DNA of 48,225 nucleotides, from assembly GCA_964347045.1 (NCBI GenBank), contig CAYFXC010000015.1:1-48225 (forward strand), read 5' to 3'. Source of the DNA: an uncultured archaeon (GTDB taxonomy: Archaea; Asgardarchaeota; Hermodarchaeia; Hermodarchaeales; Hermodarchaeaceae). Position 1 is the first letter of the stretch, and each line of letters begins with the position of its first letter. A program made the translations under genes and the position numbers. A model generated the notes under the pieces. It worked only from the letters and a program-made list of their open reading frames with translations, searched no databases and had not been told where the DNA came from. Shown in pieces: positions 46,593 through 48,225 of the stretch.

Positions 46593-48010
46593 CTTCAAAA
46601 AACAAAACTATCAAAATCGCACCGGTCTCCCGCATCGAAGGACACGGCGCTATCACAATCAATTTAGATGAAAAAGGCAACGTCGCCAAGGCCCACTTTT
46701 CGGTCATGGACGTACGCGGCTTTGAAAAATTCATGCAAAACCGACCCGTCGAAGAGGCAAACCGTATCGCCACACGAATGTGCGGCATCTGCCCGGTCAG
46801 CCACCACCTGACCTCCGCCAAAGCCGCCGATGCCCTCTTTGCCGCTGACCCCCCACGCACTGCCAAACTCCTCCGCGAACTCATGCACCAAAGCCAAATG
46901 CTCCACTCTCACGTCTTACACTTCTTCTACCTCGCCGCTCCAGACCTCCTCATTCCCGACGGCGACCCCTCAACCCGCCACGTCGTCACCCTCCTCAAGC
47001 AAAACCCCGAGTTGGTGAAAAAAGTCATCCGACTCCGCCAAATTGGTCAAGACGGCATCAAGATCACCGGCGGACGATCCATCCACCCGGTCACCGCACA
47101 AGCCGGCGGTATCTCCAAACCCCTCAGCGAAGACGAACGCGATGAAATGCTCGAATGGAATGAAGAAGCCTACACCCTCTTCCACGAGCTCTACCCCGTC
47201 GTCCAACCCCTCCTCGGACAAGTCGAAGTCCTCGACGAACTCAAAACCGGTTATGTGGGACTCGTCAATAACGGCAACCTTGAATTCTACGACGGCCCGG
47301 TACGTATCATTAACTCTGATGGGAAACGCCTCGCTGAATTCCCCATCAAAGACTACCTTCAATTCATCGGCGAACACGTCGAAGACTACTCCTACCTTAA
47401 ATTCCCCTTTTATCTCCCCCATGGCTGGCCCAAAGGCATCTACCGAGTCGGCCCCCTCGCCCGCCTTAACGTCGCCGACAAAATCTCCACACCCGAAGCC
47501 AACGAAGAACTCACCAAATTCCGCGCCCAATTCGGTAAAACACCCGACCACACCTTCCTCTACCACTACGCCCGCATGATCGAAACCCTCTACGCCATCG
47601 AACGCACCAAACAACTCCTCACCGACCCCCACATCACCAGCCCCGACATCCAGACCCCCATCACCATCAAAGGCGGACGCGGTGTCGGCGTTCTCGAAGC
47701 CCCCCGCGGACTCCTCATCCACGACTACACCGCCGACCCCAACGGCCTCCTCACCAACGTCAACCTCATCGTCAGCACTGTCGGCAACAACCCCGCCATG
47801 GACCTTGGAGTACAGACATTAGCACAACGCCACATCAAAAATGGATACATTGACCAACAGATAGAGAACAGTTTGGAGATGGGTATACGTGCGTACGATC
47901 CCTGCCTTAGCTGTGCGGTTCATAGTATAAATGGTCGTCTAGCTTTACGTGTTGAAGTGTTGAACCATCGTGGAGAAATCCACAAAATCATTCAAAACTT
48001 CGAGGACTAG
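46589..48010 (+). CDS. mvhA: [NiFe] hydrogenase large subunit MvhA (group 3c by context)
   Basis: RIEGH, L1 RMCGICPVSH, EAPRG, L2 YDPCLSCAVH plus a cleavable C-terminal tail. Confidence 0.96.
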   Translation: MTSKNKTIKIAPVSRIEGHGAITINLDEKGNVAKAHFSVMDVRGFEKFMQNRPVEEANRIATRMCGICPVSHHLTSAKAADALFAADPPRTAKLLRELMHQSQMLHSHVLHFFYLAAPDLLIPDGDPSTRHVVTLLKQNPELVKKVIRLRQIGQDGIKITGGRSIHPVTAQAGGISKPLSEDERDEMLEWNEEAYTLFHELYPVVQPLLGQVEVLDELKTGYVGLVNNGNLEFYDGPVRIINSDGKRLAEFPIKDYLQFIGEHVEDYSYLKFPFYLPHGWPKGIYRVGPLARLNVADKISTPEANEELTKFRAQFGKTPDHTFLYHYARMIETLYAIERTKQLLTDPHITSPDIQTPITIKGGRGVGVLEAPRGLLIHDYTADPNGLLTNVNLIVSTVGNNPAMDLGVQTLAQRHIKNGYIDQQIENSLEMGIRAYDPCLSCAVHSINGRLALRVEVLNHRGEIHKIIQNFED

Positions 48011-48040
48011 AGTTGTCAATTACTTGGCTATAGAACGAAT

Positions 48041-48225
48041 TCAAAGGAAATCATAGTCTATGATGCGATTCAAGACCTGTTTCTCGCGGTAATCGGGAAG
48101 TAAAAGCGGAGCCTTTCGGTCCGTATCAATCCCGGCGGTTTGTAACTCTGTTTCATATTTGTCTAAATGAGCCAAACTCAGTGTTTTCAGGCGTTTTGCG
48201 GATTTAGCATATTTTGCAGCCGAGA
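48041..48225 (-). CDS. 3' end of an unidentified CDS (partial)
   Basis: One minus frame is open from the window edge: ...SAAKYAKSAKRLKTLSLAHLDKYETELQTAGIDTDRKAPLLLPDYREKQVLNRIIDYDFL*. Confidence 0.5.
   Translation of the reverse strand, partial: SAAKYAKSAKRLKTLSLAHLDKYETELQTAGIDTDRKAPLLLPDYREKQVLNRIIDYDFL

Noticed and set aside
46970-47722. 250-aa antisense ORF and 178-aa alternate-frame ORF in mvhA
   Set aside because: Low-complexity by-products of the C-ending codon skew.
40934-48010. Selenocysteine recoding in hdr/mvh genes
   Set aside because: No in-frame TGA; the relevant positions are Cys.
1-48225. CRISPR array, rRNA, integrase or prophage
   Set aside because: No regularly spaced repeats, rRNA-like stretches or such genes were seen.

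Overview
Archaeal core-genome window, most consistent with an Asgard-type lineage (inferred from eL38, a presenilin-like protease, a longin-like/wHTH protein, a eukaryote-like STT3/AglB and a large N-glycosylated surface protein). It holds informational gene clusters: exosome csl4-rpo11-tfs; aIF5A-dhs-srp54-trmY-like-pus10-eL21-rpo4-ksgA; nob1-aEF1B-cdc48; and RPA14-PCNA-priL-priS-GINS-eL42-eS27-aIF2a-nop10. It also carries sucCD, enolase, gcvH and an hdrCB-[decayed kor genes]-hdrA-mvhDGA cluster. The standout feature is hidden in the gcvH intergenic region: a tRNA-Leu(CAA) gene (39197-39426) split by four well-supported bulge-helix-bulge introns (8/9, 30/31, 37/38, 59/60) and probably a fifth (2/3, formed with the 5' leader). 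This leaves exons of 2, 6, 25, 7, 31 and 17 nt, and the overlapping splice motifs imply ordered splicing. Other notable signals: a tRNA-Val(CAC) whose intron fits best at 36/37, an orphan IS200/IS605-type right end (TnpB omegaRNA-like) upstream of cdc48, non-canonical start codons for nop10 (CTG) and priS (ATC/ACG), and a sharply bounded, extreme C-ending codon skew in mvhGA. All calls were made by eye; no database searches were run.
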